From positions 832,001-896,000 of the forward strand of contig OZ241889.1 of assembly GCA_965203355.1 (NCBI GenBank): a stretch of DNA of 64,000 nucleotides. The letters are read 5' to 3'. Below, piece after piece: positions 1 to 12,232 of the stretch; positions within the stretch are counted from its first letter, which is position 1; the number at the start of each line of letters is the position of its first letter. The translations under genes and the position numbers were made by a program. This DNA is from Candidatus Latescibacterota bacterium (GTDB lineage Bacteria > Latescibacterota > UBA2968 > UBA8231). Under the pieces are notes generated by a model, which was not told the origin of the DNA, ran no database searches, and saw only the letters and a program-made list of their open reading frames with translations.

Positions 1-722
1 AGCGTCTGAGGCTTTTGGTCGTCGAGGCCGAAATAGGCGCGGACAACTAGACGCTCGCGCCTATCGAGCGCGTCGAGACAGGTCTGCAAGGTGTGCGAGA
101 GGGCGGCGCGTTCATAGCAATCGGCCGGATCAGAGGTAAGAGCCGCGAAGGTAGCTATTAGCGGCTCCCTTTCATTGGGAACGGTTGGCGTGTCCATTGA
201 GACATCAGGTTGGGCCATGCAAAGGGCATTGTACGTTCGCTCCAGCGATAGTCCGGCACTGTTGGCGATTTCCTCGGGCGTGGGATCGCGTCCTAGTTTT
301 TGGGCGAGGGTACGCGTCCACTGCTCGACCTTTTTCAGGTCGTTGATCCGGCTGAGCGGCGGGCGCGCAATTTTGCCGTGTTCGTCTAGGGCGCGGAGAA
401 TGGCTTGGCGAATCCACCACACCGCATAGGTGATGAACTTAAAACCGCGCGTCTCGTCGAAGCGTTGGACCGCTTCGAGCAGCCCGAGGTTGCCCTCGGA
501 AATGAGTTCCATGAAGGAAAGCCCGCGCCCGTGGTATACCCGCGCGATGCGGACGACAAAGCGCAAGTTGGCTTCGACCATCTGGTGCATGGCGTGCTCG
601 TCGCCAGCGCGCACTCTTTGTACCAGCTCCATCTCTCGTTGGCGGCTCAGCGGCTGAAAGTGCTGAATGTCGCGCCAGTAAGACTCGGCCAGACCTAGCG
701 AATCGAGGCTGCTTTTTCCCAT
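1..722 (-). CDS. RNA polymerase sigma-70 family factor (RpoD/RpoS-like, no region 1.1), 3' end outside window
   Basis: Manual translation from ATG 722: ...ANLRFVVRIARVYHGRGLSFMELISEGNLGLLEAVQRFDETRGFKFITYAVWWIRQAI (region 2) ... LDALDRRERLVVRAYFGL (region 4). Absent from the ORF track because it runs off the edge. Confidence 0.92.
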   Translation of the reverse strand, partial: MGKSSLDSLGLAESYWRDIQHFQPLSRQREMELVQRVRAGDEHAMHQMVEANLRFVVRIARVYHGRGLSFMELISEGNLGLLEAVQRFDETRGFKFITYAVWWIRQAILRALDEHGKIARPPLSRINDLKKVEQWTRTLAQKLGRDPTPEEIANSAGLSLERTYNALCMAQPDVSMDTPTVPNEREPLIATFAALTSDPADCYERAALSHTLQTCLDALDRRERLVVRAYFGLDDQKPQT

Positions 723-752
723 AAGTAGCCAAAACGTCAAAAAGAGAAATCC

Positions 753-1030
753 GGTTCTCAAGTAATACGACTGAAAAAGAGTGCGGTTCCTGCTCGGGAT
801 TGGGCCGGGGAAAGTAGCGAGTGGGATCGGTCGTAGGCCGCGTCCCCGGTTCTCAAGACGACTGAAAAAGAGCGCGGTTCCAGCCGGGGTTAGGCCGGGG
901 GAAGTAGCGAGAGGGATCGGTCGTAGGCCGCGTCCGAGGTTCTCAAGTAATACGACTGAAGAAGAGCGCGGTTCCAGCCGGGGTTAGGCCGGGGAAAGTA
1001 GCGGGTGGGATCGGTCGTAGGCCGCGTCCC
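753..1030. repeat. Three imperfect tandem copies of a 90-95 bp unit (starts 753, 848, 938) containing the last codons of the rhamnulokinase gene plus downstream DNA
   Basis: GGTTCTCAAG(TAAT)ACGACTGAA.AAGAG.GCGGTTCC...GGGATCGGTCGTAGGCCGCGTCC seen three times. Confidence 0.95.
766..975 (-). promoter_or_regulatory. Three putative ECF-sigma-type promoters GGAAC-N16-CGT(A/C) at 766-790, 857-881 and 951-975, facing the sigma gene
   Basis: Minus strand: GGAAC cgcactctttttcagt CGTA; GGAAC cgcgctctttttcagt CGTC; GGAAC cgcgctcttcttcagt CGTA. Matches the general ECF -35 AAC / -10 CGT pattern. Confidence 0.5.
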
Positions 1031-2453
1031 AAGCGGCGGTTTGTTCCGGCTCGTACACAACGGGCGCGAATGAGTGGCGCACGACTTGGCGAACTTCGGT
1101 CAGCGAGGCCATCTGGCCTAGACCCATAAGCTGGAGCATTAGATTGCCGATGGCCGTTGCTTCGAGCGGCCCGGCGATGACCGGACGACCGGTAGCCGAA
1201 GCGGTAAACTGGCAGAGCAGGCGGTTTTGGATCCCGCCGCCGACGATGTGGATGCATTCGAGGCGGCGGGCGAGAATGGTCTCTAGCGCGTCGAGTACGT
1301 AGCGGTATTTAAACGCTAGGCTTTCGAGAGCCACGCGCACGACTTGTCCCTCGTCGGCGGGAATGGCTTGGCCCGTCGCTTGGCAATAGGCGCGGATGCT
1401 GGCGGGCATGTCGCCCGGCGCGAGAAAGCACTCGGCGTCTGGATCGACAAAAGCGGTAAAGGGCGCCGCCCTTTGGGCCATGGCCGTCAGCTCGTCGTAG
1501 GAAAAGGTGCGCCCCTCGCGCTGCCACGTGCGCCGGCACTCCTGTATTAGCCATAGCCCCATGATATTTTTCAGGAAGCGGTAGGTCGGCCCGACGCCTC
1601 CTTCGTTGGTGAAATTGTACTGGAATGCTTGGCGGCTGATGAGCGGTTGGTCGAGCTCGACGCCCATCAGCGACCAAGTGCCCGAGCTGATGTAGGCATA
1701 GTCGCGGACTTCGGCGGGCACTGCGGCCACGGCCGCGCCCGTATCGTGAGTGGCTGGAGCGACGACCGGGACCGAGTTGAGCCCTGTTTCAGCGGCAATA
1801 GAAGGCAGGAGCGAACCTAGGCGGGTGCCAGGCTGGACGATCTGGGGCAGAAAATGGGTCGGCAGCCCCAGCCTTTCTAGCAGTTCGATCGACCAAGTGC
1901 CTTGACGCGGATTGTAGAACTGGGTCGTAGTGGCGTTGGAAAACTCGCAGATTTTAGTGCCGGTAAAGTAAAAATTGAAAAGGTCGGCCATCATCAAGAA
2001 GGTCTGCGCCCATTCCAGCAAGGGCGAGTCGCGCAGCGAAAGCAGTTGATACAAGGTGTTGAGCTTCAAAAACTGCACGCCGGTGTGCGCGAAAATTTCC
2101 TCGCGCGGCACTTGGGCGAAGGCTTCCTCCACCATGCCGTCGGTGCGCGGGTCGCGGTAGTTGCGCGGGTTGTCTAAGAGCACGTCCCCGGGCCCGAGGA
2201 GGGCGAAATCAACGCCCCAAGTATCGACGCCGATCGCATCAAGTGCCTTGCCGTGTGTGTGGGCAAACAGGCCGAGGGCTTGTTTCATTTCGGCGAAGAG
2301 GCGCAAAGGATCCCAGTAGAGGCGGTCGAAAACTCGCACCGGACCGTTTGCAAAGCGGTGCAGCTCGTCTAAGGATAGGCGCTCGCCATCGAAATGCCCG
2401 ACGATGGCGCGGCCACTCTCGGCCCCTAAGTCGAAGGCGAGCAGCTTGCTCAT
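984..2453 (-). CDS. rhaB: Rhamnulokinase / L-fuculokinase-type FGGY sugar kinase
   Basis: AFDLGAESGR, GVDTWGVDF, HDTGAAV, YISSGTWSL, TNEGG, KNIMGLW motifs; start MSKLLAFD at 2453. Confidence 0.88.
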   Translation of the reverse strand: MSKLLAFDLGAESGRAIVGHFDGERLSLDELHRFANGPVRVFDRLYWDPLRLFAEMKQALGLFAHTHGKALDAIGVDTWGVDFALLGPGDVLLDNPRNYRDPRTDGMVEEAFAQVPREEIFAHTGVQFLKLNTLYQLLSLRDSPLLEWAQTFLMMADLFNFYFTGTKICEFSNATTTQFYNPRQGTWSIELLERLGLPTHFLPQIVQPGTRLGSLLPSIAAETGLNSVPVVAPATHDTGAAVAAVPAEVRDYAYISSGTWSLMGVELDQPLISRQAFQYNFTNEGGVGPTYRFLKNIMGLWLIQECRRTWQREGRTFSYDELTAMAQRAAPFTAFVDPDAECFLAPGDMPASIRAYCQATGQAIPADEGQVVRVALESLAFKYRYVLDALETILARRLECIHIVGGGIQNRLLCQFTASATGRPVIAGPLEATAIGNLMLQLMGLGQMASLTEVRQVVRHSFAPVVYEPEQTAAWDAAYDRSHPLLSPA

Positions 2454-2728
2454 AGGTAGTTGAGACCGAGCTCGGAAACTAACTCGCGCGTATCGCTGTC
2501 GAGGAGGGCGCAAATCAAGGCGAAGCCCAACTCGCGCTCCATGGCCGCGGCGTACGCGGTGTGTTCGTCGCGAAAATTGATCCGCTGGAAGCCGAGGACG
2601 GCTTCTTTGAAATCCTCGCGCCGCTCGTAGAGTACAACTTGGGCAATGGGCGCGTTGGCAAGTGCCTCGGAGACAAAGGATACGCCGAAAATTTCCTCCA
2701 AGGCGTTTCTGAGCTGGCGGTGTAGCAT
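2450..2728 (-). CDS. Hypothetical protein, 92 aa
   Basis: Stop overlaps the rhaB start (ATGA); host-like codon usage. Confidence 0.7.
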   Translation of the reverse strand: MLHRQLRNALEEIFGVSFVSEALANAPIAQVVLYERREDFKEAVLGFQRINFRDEHTAYAAAMERELGFALICALLDSDTRELVSELGLNYL

Positions 2729-2935
2729 TTAGAAGGGATAGACCTCGTCGAGCCGGTGCTTCAGCGCACTGCTGCGCTGCTCGCTGTCGTCTTCAATCGC
2801 GTACTGGACGATAGGGGCGCGCCGCCAATAGCTCAACAGGGCCTCGAAATTGAGGGTGGGCTGGTGAAACTCCAAGCGGAAGACCAAAAAAGCGCGGAGC
2901 AAGTTTTTGACCATAGCTATCTGATCGCTTTTCAC
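2729..2935 (-). CDS. Hypothetical protein, 68 aa
   Basis: Fills the gap between purC and the next ORF almost exactly; no recognisable motif. Confidence 0.45.
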   Translation of the reverse strand: MKSDQIAMVKNLLRAFLVFRLEFHQPTLNFEALLSYWRRAPIVQYAIEDDSEQRSSALKHRLDEVYPF

Positions 2936-2950
2936 GCCCGGACGGGGTGG

Positions 2951-3919
2951 TTAGCTAAGGTACTCCGCAATCCGCTCCTCAATGCGTTGCAAGACGGGCA
3001 TTGCGCCGAGTTCGGCGTCGAAGTCTGTGCCTGTAACCCGTTGGAAAAGGTCGATATAGCGCTCGGCAACTTGGACGCGGATCTCGTCGTCGAGCGCGGG
3101 GATATTGTCGTCGGAAATGCCCTTGTCGCGGAGCCAGAGGCGCAGAAACTCCTTGTCGAGGCTTTCGGGCTCCTCGCCGCTTGCGTGGCGTTCTGCATAG
3201 GTGTCGCTGATCCAGAAGCGCGACGAATCGGGCGTGTGGATCTCGTCGGCAAGCGTGATGCGCCCGTCCGCATCCAGCCCCATTTCGTATTTGGTATCCA
3301 CGAGGATTAACCCTTGCTTGGCCGCTAGCGCCTCACCGCGCGCAAAAAGCGCGAGGGCGATCTCCTCGACTTGGGCCCAAGTGTCTTCTGGCACGAGACC
3401 TTGGGCGATGATCTCGTCGCGCGAAATCAGCTCGTCGTGGACCTCGTCCTTGGTCGTCGGCGTGATAATCGCCTCGTTGAAGGGCTGGTTTTTGACCATG
3501 CCGTCGGGCAGCGTGTGGCCGCAATAGTGCCGCACGCCTCTGTTGTAATGGGTCCAGATGGCGGTGTCCGAACTGCCCGTCAGATACTTGCGCACCACCA
3601 CCTCGACGGGCAGGATGTCCAACTCGCGGGCGACGGTGACGTTGGCGTCGGGCACTGAGATGATTTGATTGGGGGCGATGTCTTGGGTCTGCTCAAACCA
3701 GTACTGGGCAATGCGGTTGAGCACTTGGCCCTTGAGGGGAATGGTGCCGAGCACGTGGTCGAACGCGCTTTGGCGATCCGTCGTGATTAGTACGCGATGG
3801 TTTTCGAGCAAGTACATATCGCGCACCTTGCCGCGCTTATAGCGCGACTCCCACTGGGGGAATTTGGCCTCCAGCAGACAGTTGTCGAGTTGGGATTGGA
3901 TCTGTTGGCGAGTTACCAT
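2951..3919 (-). CDS. purC: Phosphoribosylaminoimidazole-succinocarboxamide (SAICAR) synthase
   Basis: GKVRD, TDRQSAFD, PVEVVVR.YLTGS, LVDTKYE.G, DEIHTPDSSRFW, DKEFLR. Confidence 0.96.
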   Translation of the reverse strand: MVTRQQIQSQLDNCLLEAKFPQWESRYKRGKVRDMYLLENHRVLITTDRQSAFDHVLGTIPLKGQVLNRIAQYWFEQTQDIAPNQIISVPDANVTVARELDILPVEVVVRKYLTGSSDTAIWTHYNRGVRHYCGHTLPDGMVKNQPFNEAIITPTTKDEVHDELISRDEIIAQGLVPEDTWAQVEEIALALFARGEALAAKQGLILVDTKYEMGLDADGRITLADEIHTPDSSRFWISDTYAERHASGEEPESLDKEFLRLWLRDKGISDDNIPALDDEIRVQVAERYIDLFQRVTGTDFDAELGAMPVLQRIEERIAEYLS

Positions 3920-3963
3920 AGAATAGATGTCCTCAAGCAAGAGAGTAAGGGGCGATAAAATTG

Positions 3964-3992
3964 ATATTATGAGCGCGTACAAACCCCGTCAA
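3964..3992 (-). promoter_or_regulatory. Putative sigma-70 promoter for purC
   Basis: TTGACG-N17-TAATAT on the minus strand. Confidence 0.55.
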
Positions 3993-4014
3993 TAGGGGCC
4001 GACGGAGCGCGTGC

Positions 4015-4043
4015 TTGATTTTCGTCTCTCGGCGGCGTATCTT
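4015..4043 (+). promoter_or_regulatory. Putative sigma-70 promoter for the lipoprotein gene
   Basis: TTGATT-N17-TATCTT. Confidence 0.4.
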
Positions 4044-4094
4044 GAGGCCGACGAAACGGACGAGGACAATCTCACCCCTACAAGGGAGGTCTAT

Positions 4095-4577
4095 ATGTCG
4101 AGGAAACTGGCTGCGTTGGCACTAGCAATAGGTCTGGTCGCCTGTGGTGGCGAGGAGGCAGAGAAGCAGATTCTGGTCGAATATGTCCAGCAGATGCAGA
4201 AACTAGACGACAAAAACAAGCAGATTGTCGAGACCATTGAGCATTTGAGAAAACCGCTCTCCGAGATTTCTGATCAGGACTTGGCCAAAGCGCGCCGACT
4301 CATCAACGACTATGTCACAGAGTTGCAAGGACTCGTGCCAGACGATCTGGACTATAAGGAATTGCGCCTGGCCCACAATCTCTACGTCACGAAGGTCGCG
4401 GACGCAATTCAACTGTCCGGCGACAAAGGCCGCGAGTTGCGGCGCGAAAAGAGCAACGTGGACATCGGCGTACGCCACATCGAGAAGCTGACCATCCGGC
4501 ATTACAAAGCCGTTGACATCTTGTGGTTACAGCGGAAGATCGCGGATTCCTATCCGCTCGCGTGGCCCTCTAGCTAG
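4095..4577 (+). CDS. Hypothetical helical lipoprotein
   Basis: GGAGG RBS before ATG 4095; MSRKLAALALAIGLVA-C lipobox. Confidence 0.8.
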   Translation: MSRKLAALALAIGLVACGGEEAEKQILVEYVQQMQKLDDKNKQIVETIEHLRKPLSEISDQDLAKARRLINDYVTELQGLVPDDLDYKELRLAHNLYVTKVADAIQLSGDKGRELRREKSNVDIGVRHIEKLTIRHYKAVDILWLQRKIADSYPLAWPSS

Positions 4578-4599
4578 CAGCTATAAACACCAACGCGAG

Positions 4600-4636
4600 A
4601 AAAGCCCCTAGGTCGCCATGCGGCCGGGGGCTTTTT
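4600..4636. terminator. Bidirectional intrinsic terminator between convergent genes
   Basis: AAAAGCCCC..GGTCGC-loop-GCGGCC..GGGGCTTTTT hairpin with A and T tails. Confidence 0.75.
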
Positions 4637-4641
4637 GCGTT

Positions 4642-6108
4642 CTATGGCACCCGGTGTAACCAGTGCTGGCTGCTGGAGAGCAAACCGGTGTAGAGAAAGC
4701 CGGCGTGGAACAACAGCAGAAAGGGCATCCCCAAGTAGAGGCCAGCCGCATAGGCGAGGTAGAGCGCGAAGACGAAGTAGAGTGCCATGCCCAGTTCGCC
4801 CAAAGACAGCAGCGGCCAGCGGCTTAGGTACCTGCGCTGCTGGCCTTGGTCTCGGCGTCCGGTAAGCCCGTATTTGGGCGTGCGGTGGAAAGCGGTTTGG
4901 TACCCGACGAGCCCCTCGACTACCGCTCGGGTGTTGTTGATGCAGAGACTCATGCCAATGGCCATCAGCATGGGCAAGTACTTGATCTGTCGTCGCCAAT
5001 CTGGATAGAGTACGCGCTGGGAGGTAATGTAGAAGCCAGAAATGGCCATGGTGGCAAAAGAAAACAGCGGCAGGTCGATGATAAAGAACCGCTCCCAGCC
5101 GAGTTGCGAGCGAATGGAAAGCACCGGAACGGTCAATAAGGCCATCAAGAGCATCATAATGTAGCAGAGATTGGCCGTTAGATGGAAGGTGGCCTCGACC
5201 TTGATCTTAGCTGGGAGCGGAGCGCGCCAAATCCGCGGCAGCACCTTCTTGGCCGTTTGGACCGCGCCCTTGGTCCAGCGGTGCTGTTGCGACTTGAAGG
5301 CATTGATTTCGATGGGGAGCTCGCCGGGCACTTCAATTTCGGGCAGGTAGAGAAACTGCCAGCCTGCCAGTTGGGCGCGGTAGCTCAAGTCGAGGTCTTC
5401 GGTGAGCGTGTCGTGCTGCCAGCCGCCGGCGTCGTAGATGGCCTTTTTGCGCCAAATCCCCCCGGTCCCATTGAAGTTGAAGAAGCGACCCGAGCGGTTG
5501 CGGGCCGTGTGCTCGACGACGAAGTGGCCGTCGAGAAAGATCGACTGGATGCGCGTCAGGAGCGAGTAGGAGCGGTTGAGGTGTCCCCAGCGCATCTGCA
5601 CCATGCCGATGGAATCGTCGGTAAAGTAGTGAATGGCTCGCTGGAGGATGTCGGGAGAGGGCACGAAATCCGCGTCGAGCACCAACACGAATTCGCCTTG
5701 GGCGCACGCTAACCCCGCAGCCAAGGCCCCAGCCTTAAAGCCATGGCGCTTGGTGCGGCCGAGGTACTCGATATCCAGCCCTTGGGCCGCCAGCCGTGCG
5801 ACCCCTTTCCGCGCCCGGTCGCGGGTTTCGTCCTGCGAGTCGTCGAGGACTTGGATTTGCAGGCGATCGCGGGGATAGTCGATCTGACCCACGGCCTCTA
5901 GCAGGCGATCGACCACGTGATATTCGTTGTAGAGCGGTAGCTGGATGGTGACGAAGGGCAGCTCGGCGAAGCGGTCGGGCTGGGGAACTGGAGTTGGGTG
6001 ATGTCGATAAAACAGGCGCAGTAGCTGGTAGCGGTGGAGGCCGTAAACGCCCAGAACGGCGATGATAATGCTGTACGACACCAAACAGAGTACTTCCCAG
6101 AAACTCAT
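4642..6108 (-). CDS. Glycosyltransferase family 2, cellulose-synthase-like (CslA-type) processive GT; alternative GTG start at 6120
   Basis: VLDDS, KAGAL, LDADF, FNGTGG, TEDLDL, QQHRW motifs; N- and C-terminal TM helices. Confidence 0.92.
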   Translation of the reverse strand: MSFWEVLCLVSYSIIIAVLGVYGLHRYQLLRLFYRHHPTPVPQPDRFAELPFVTIQLPLYNEYHVVDRLLEAVGQIDYPRDRLQIQVLDDSQDETRDRARKGVARLAAQGLDIEYLGRTKRHGFKAGALAAGLACAQGEFVLVLDADFVPSPDILQRAIHYFTDDSIGMVQMRWGHLNRSYSLLTRIQSIFLDGHFVVEHTARNRSGRFFNFNGTGGIWRKKAIYDAGGWQHDTLTEDLDLSYRAQLAGWQFLYLPEIEVPGELPIEINAFKSQQHRWTKGAVQTAKKVLPRIWRAPLPAKIKVEATFHLTANLCYIMMLLMALLTVPVLSIRSQLGWERFFIIDLPLFSFATMAISGFYITSQRVLYPDWRRQIKYLPMLMAIGMSLCINNTRAVVEGLVGYQTAFHRTPKYGLTGRRDQGQQRRYLSRWPLLSLGELGMALYFVFALYLAYAAGLYLGMPFLLLFHAGFLYTGLLSSSQHWLHRVP

Positions 6109-6122
6109 ATCGCTTTCCACGC

Positions 6123-9383
<3,261 letters not shown>

Positions 9384-9433
9384 ACTAAATCCTCTTAACT
9401 AGTACCACGCCGCGGCCTCGACACACGGTCAAC

Positions 9434-9901
9434 TCAGACGCTGAGCCCCTTCTGGTGCGCGACGCCGTCGAGGACGCCATTGACGAAAGCATAGGACTTA
9501 TCGGTGCTATAGGACTTGGCTAGCTCGACCGCTTCAAAAATGGAGACCCGGACTGGAATTTCCTCAATAAAGAGCATCTCGGCCAAGGCCAAGCGCAAAA
9601 TCAAGCGATCGATGCGGGCGATGCGCTCCCAGCGCCAGTGCTGGACCCGGGCCGCGGCCAGCGCGTCTAACTCGTCGGCGTGCTCGGCTGTGCGCTGCAA
9701 GAGTTCGGCCGCAAAGGACTGCACCTCTTGCGCCAGACTAAAGCGCGCACAAAGCTGATCCAGCGCGCCGAGGGAGTCGGTTGCTGCACTCTGTTGCCAG
9801 TACAGGGCTTGCAAGGCCACTTGGCGGGCACCGTGGCGATTGTTGGGAGGTGCCTCGTCGGCCGAGGTCCCATCGCCAAAAAAATCGTCCTCGCCGTTCA
9901 T
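9434..9901 (-). CDS. nusB: Transcription antitermination factor NusB
   Basis: [34 protein letters not shown]; follows ribH. Confidence 0.95.
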   Translation of the reverse strand: MNGEDDFFGDGTSADEAPPNNRHGARQVALQALYWQQSAATDSLGALDQLCARFSLAQEVQSFAAELLQRTAEHADELDALAAARVQHWRWERIARIDRLILRLALAEMLFIEEIPVRVSIFEAVELAKSYSTDKSYAFVNGVLDGVAHQKGLSV

Positions 9902-10365
9902 CCTAACTCGGCCATCAAGCTGGCCATTTCAACCGCGTTGAGGGCGGCGTCCCAGCCGCGATTGCCGGCCTTGACGCCCGCGCGCTGCACGGCCTGCTCG
10001 ACCGTGTCAGCGGTGATGACGCCAAAGATCACCGGAATACCGCTGTCGAGGCCGACGCGAGCAATGCCCTTAGCCGACTCGCTGGCCACATAGTCGAAGT
10101 GGGGCGTATCGCTGCGGACGATAGCTCCCAAGCAAATGACGACGTCAAAGCGACCTGTGTCGGCTAGCTTCTTGGCGGCCATGGGCAACTCAAAAGCACC
10201 GGGGACCCAGGCAATCTCTATGTCGCTGCCGTCGCCGCCGTGTCGCTGAATGCAGTCCAATGCGCCGTCGAGGAGCCGGGTGGTCACCAAGTCGTTGAAG
10301 CGGCTGACCGCAATGCCGAACTTGCGGCCTCGGGCGTCGAGCTGTCCTTCATGCACTTTTGGCAT
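9898..10365 (-). CDS. ribH: 6,7-dimethyl-8-ribityllumazine synthase
   Basis: [38 protein letters not shown]. Confidence 0.97.
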   Translation of the reverse strand: MPKVHEGQLDARGRKFGIAVSRFNDLVTTRLLDGALDCIQRHGGDGSDIEIAWVPGAFELPMAAKKLADTGRFDVVICLGAIVRSDTPHFDYVASESAKGIARVGLDSGIPVIFGVITADTVEQAVQRAGVKAGNRGWDAALNAVEMASLMAELG

Positions 10366-11599
10366 GCTTTTCGTCCTCGGCGGCTGCGCGCTTGAGCAAG
10401 AGGGCGTGGCCCATCTTGTCGCGCTTGGTTGTTAGGTAGCGGATATTGTGCGGGTTGGGAGCGGCCTCAATGGGCACTTGCTCGACGACGGTCAAGCCGT
10501 AGGCCTCCAAGCCGACCCGCTTCTTGGGATTGTTGGTCAGAAAGCGCACTCGGCGCAATCCCAGATCGTAAAGCACTTGGGCACCGATGCCGTAGTCGCG
10601 CGAGTCCATGGGGTGGCCGAGGGCCTGGTTGGCTTCAATGGTGTCGAGGCCCTGTTGCTGTTGGAGTTCGTATGCCTTGAGCTTGTGCAAAATGCCGATG
10701 CCGCGCCCTTCGTGATGCTGAATATAGACGATGACGCCACACCCCTCTGCGGCAATGAGCTGCATGGATTGCGCTAGTTGTTCGCCGCAGTCGCACAGCA
10801 GCGAGCCAAGCGCGTCGCCGGTCAGGCAACCCGAATGCATGCGCACCAAGGTGTCGCGGCCAGCGGCGATCTCGCCGTACACGAGGGCGAGGTACGGATT
10901 GTCGTCGACCAAGCTGCGGTACGCATAGGCCGTGAATTCGCCGTAGCGGGTTGGCATGGGCGACTGAGCCTCCAGATGAATCAGTTTCTCGGTGCGACGG
11001 CGGTGGGCAATCAGATCGTGGATGGTGGTAATCTTGAGCTCGTGTTCGCGGGCGAAGTTGAGCAGATAAGGCGCGTCGGCCAGCGCACCCCCTTCGTCGA
11101 GGATAGCGGCGATCAAGGCCACGGGCTGGCCGTCGGCCATCTGCGCTAGATCGACGGCGGCTTCAGTGTGGCCGGCGCGGCGCAACACCCCACCCGGTTG
11201 GGCTTGGAGCGGCGTTACGTACCCGGGCTGGACAAAGTCTTCGGGCTTACTGTCAGGATCGGCTAGTTTGCGGATCGTCGTGGCGCGATCTTGAGCCGAG
11301 ACGCCGGTGCCCGCAATGGCGCGGGCATTGACCGAGACCAGGATCGAGGCCTCCATCGGCTCGTGGGCCTTGGAAATGTGCATGTGTAGTTCAAGAGCCT
11401 TGAGGTGTTCTTCAGGGGCGGCGACTACGGGCGGGCTGCTGGTGCAGCGCGTCGTGAAGTTGACCGAGGCGGCGGTGGCTCGCTCGGCGAGCATCACCAG
11501 TACGCCCTCGCCCACGGCTTCGCACTCGTCGACCAGCACGACCATGCGACCGTTCTTCAGGTCCTTGACGATCTCTTCAATGGTATTGAAATCGTGCAT
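10349..11599 (-). CDS. ribA: RibBA-type fusion: GTP cyclohydrolase II with a degenerate N-terminal DHBP synthase domain
   Basis: C-terminal [35 protein letters not shown]; N-terminal RibB fold with [12 protein letters not shown] but several active-site motifs altered. Confidence 0.9.
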   Translation of the reverse strand: MHDFNTIEEIVKDLKNGRMVVLVDECEAVGEGVLVMLAERATAASVNFTTRCTSSPPVVAAPEEHLKALELHMHISKAHEPMEASILVSVNARAIAGTGVSAQDRATTIRKLADPDSKPEDFVQPGYVTPLQAQPGGVLRRAGHTEAAVDLAQMADGQPVALIAAILDEGGALADAPYLLNFAREHELKITTIHDLIAHRRRTEKLIHLEAQSPMPTRYGEFTAYAYRSLVDDNPYLALVYGEIAAGRDTLVRMHSGCLTGDALGSLLCDCGEQLAQSMQLIAAEGCGVIVYIQHHEGRGIGILHKLKAYELQQQQGLDTIEANQALGHPMDSRDYGIGAQVLYDLGLRRVRFLTNNPKKRVGLEAYGLTVVEQVPIEAAPNPHNIRYLTTKRDKMGHALLLKRAAAEDEKHAKSA

Positions 11600-11602
11600 T
11601 GC

Positions 11603-12232
11603 TCAGTATCCCATATCGCGCAAGTCCTCGAAGCTGACTTGGGGTGGTCCGCCGAGCAAACGCTCGACATAACGGGCAATCACATCGACTTCGAGGTTGA
11701 CGGAATCACCGGGGTGCCGGTGGCTAAGCGTCGTATTGTCAAATGTATGCGGAATGACCGCAATCGTAAAGGCGTCGCCGCTGACCTCGGCCACCGTCAG
11801 GCTGATGCCGTCGAGGGCCACCGAGCCTTTGGCGGCGATGTAGCGGGCGAAGGCGGGCGGCGGCTCGATCTCAAAGCGATGCTCCCCGTCGCGCTCCGTG
11901 CGCCGGCGAATGCGGGCGATGCCATCGACGTGCCCCAAGACGAGGTGGCCGCCGAGCCGCTGATCGGTGCGGAGGGCGCGCTCTAGGTTGACCGCTTGTC
12001 CGATAGCGAGGACGCCCAAGGTCGTGCGGCCGAGCGTTTCAGCGACGGTTTCGACCGCAAAGCCGCGCTCGCCTATGGCCACCACCGTCTGGCAAACCCC
12101 GTCGATGTTGACGCTGTCTCCCTCCTGCAAGTCGCCGAGAATGCGCTCGGCCGCAATCTCCAACTGCTGAAACGCGCCTCGGCGTACGCGCCCGCGCACG
12201 CGCCCGAGTTCCTCTATGAGTCCGGTGAACAA
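11603..12232 (-). CDS. ribE: Riboflavin synthase (alpha subunit)
   Basis: MFTGLIEE N-terminus, VNLERA, GGHLVLGHVDG, KGSVALDGISLTV, VNLEVD. Confidence 0.97.
   Translation of the reverse strand: MFTGLIEELGRVRGRVRRGAFQQLEIAAERILGDLQEGDSVNIDGVCQTVVAIGERGFAVETVAETLGRTTLGVLAIGQAVNLERALRTDQRLGGHLVLGHVDGIARIRRRTERDGEHRFEIEPPPAFARYIAAKGSVALDGISLTVAEVSGDAFTIAVIPHTFDNTTLSHRHPGDSVNLEVDVIARYVERLLGGPPQVSFEDLRDMGY

Noticed and set aside
753-1030. Possible CRISPR array
   Set aside because: Whole units repeat with no unique spacers, the unit includes coding sequence, and no cas genes are present.
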